Source: Puccinia triticina (Eukaryota). From it: a DNA stretch of 64,000 nucleotides. A program made the translations under genes and the position numbers. A model generated the notes under the pieces. That model was not told where the DNA came from. It ran no database searches and saw nothing but the letters and a program-made list of their open reading frames with translations. This document shows, piece by piece, positions 63,668 to 64,000 of this stretch (position 1 is its first letter; every line of letters begins with the position of its first letter). The stretch is from the NCBI GenBank assembly GCA_026914245.1, contig CP110439.1, positions 3,658,001 to 3,722,000 on the forward strand, in the 5' to 3' direction.

Positions 63668-64000
63668 CACCACGGGTGCACTAAAAGTTTTCTGATGGGG
63701 TCCAAAAATAATCTGCTGGTTTTTGGAAATATTTATGGAGAATGTTGGGATAATATTTTCCCAGCCCCTTTGTAAATATTTCCTCCCCTTTTTTTTTGAA
63801 ATGAAATATTTCCGGGGATATCTATGGGAAAGAAAATATTTCCTTGAACTTTTTCAAAAAGTCTCAGGAAATATTCTCATTCCTCTCAAAGTTCAAGGAA
63901 ATATTTCCTCTCACCATCAAAAGTTCACAGAGATATTTACAGTGATTTTTACTGTTTGGCCGGCTCGGGCACAGACGGCAACACACGGCTTTGGCACCGG
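63668..64000. mobile_element. Left end of a CACCACGG-family TIR element
   Basis: TA then caccacgggtgcac, followed by repeated aaatattt motifs. Confidence 0.55.

Overview
Eukaryotic, intron-containing, transposon-dominated DNA. Gene structure and repeat types suggest a basidiomycete, probably a rust fungus (Pucciniales); this is inferred, not verified. Two host genes look intact: a TRM140/METTL2-like tRNA m3C methyltransferase (11757-13581) and a short-chain dehydrogenase (15051-16790). A P-loop NTPase plus restriction-endonuclease-fold gene of CR/Crinkler-like architecture (18147-22948, minus) is split by a CACTA-like insertion that can be removed to restore the frame. The rest is nested mobile DNA: a full-length Ty3/Gypsy element with both LTRs, a TSD, a -1 frameshift site and a 52-nt tRNA-Tyr-derived primer site; a truncated Ty1/Copia; a DIRS/Ngaro-like element with no visible tyrosine recombinase; a decayed MULE with an OTU-like domain; a DUF6589-type pseudogene; a Helitron RepHel remnant; MITEs and solo LTRs. 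The most striking pattern is four near-identical Helitron 3' ends and three copies of a shared ~120-bp motif, which flank mosaics of host-gene fragments (CHS7, SEC27, PDX3, a polyprenyl synthase and a protein kinase). All calls come from reading the sequence by eye; no searches were run.
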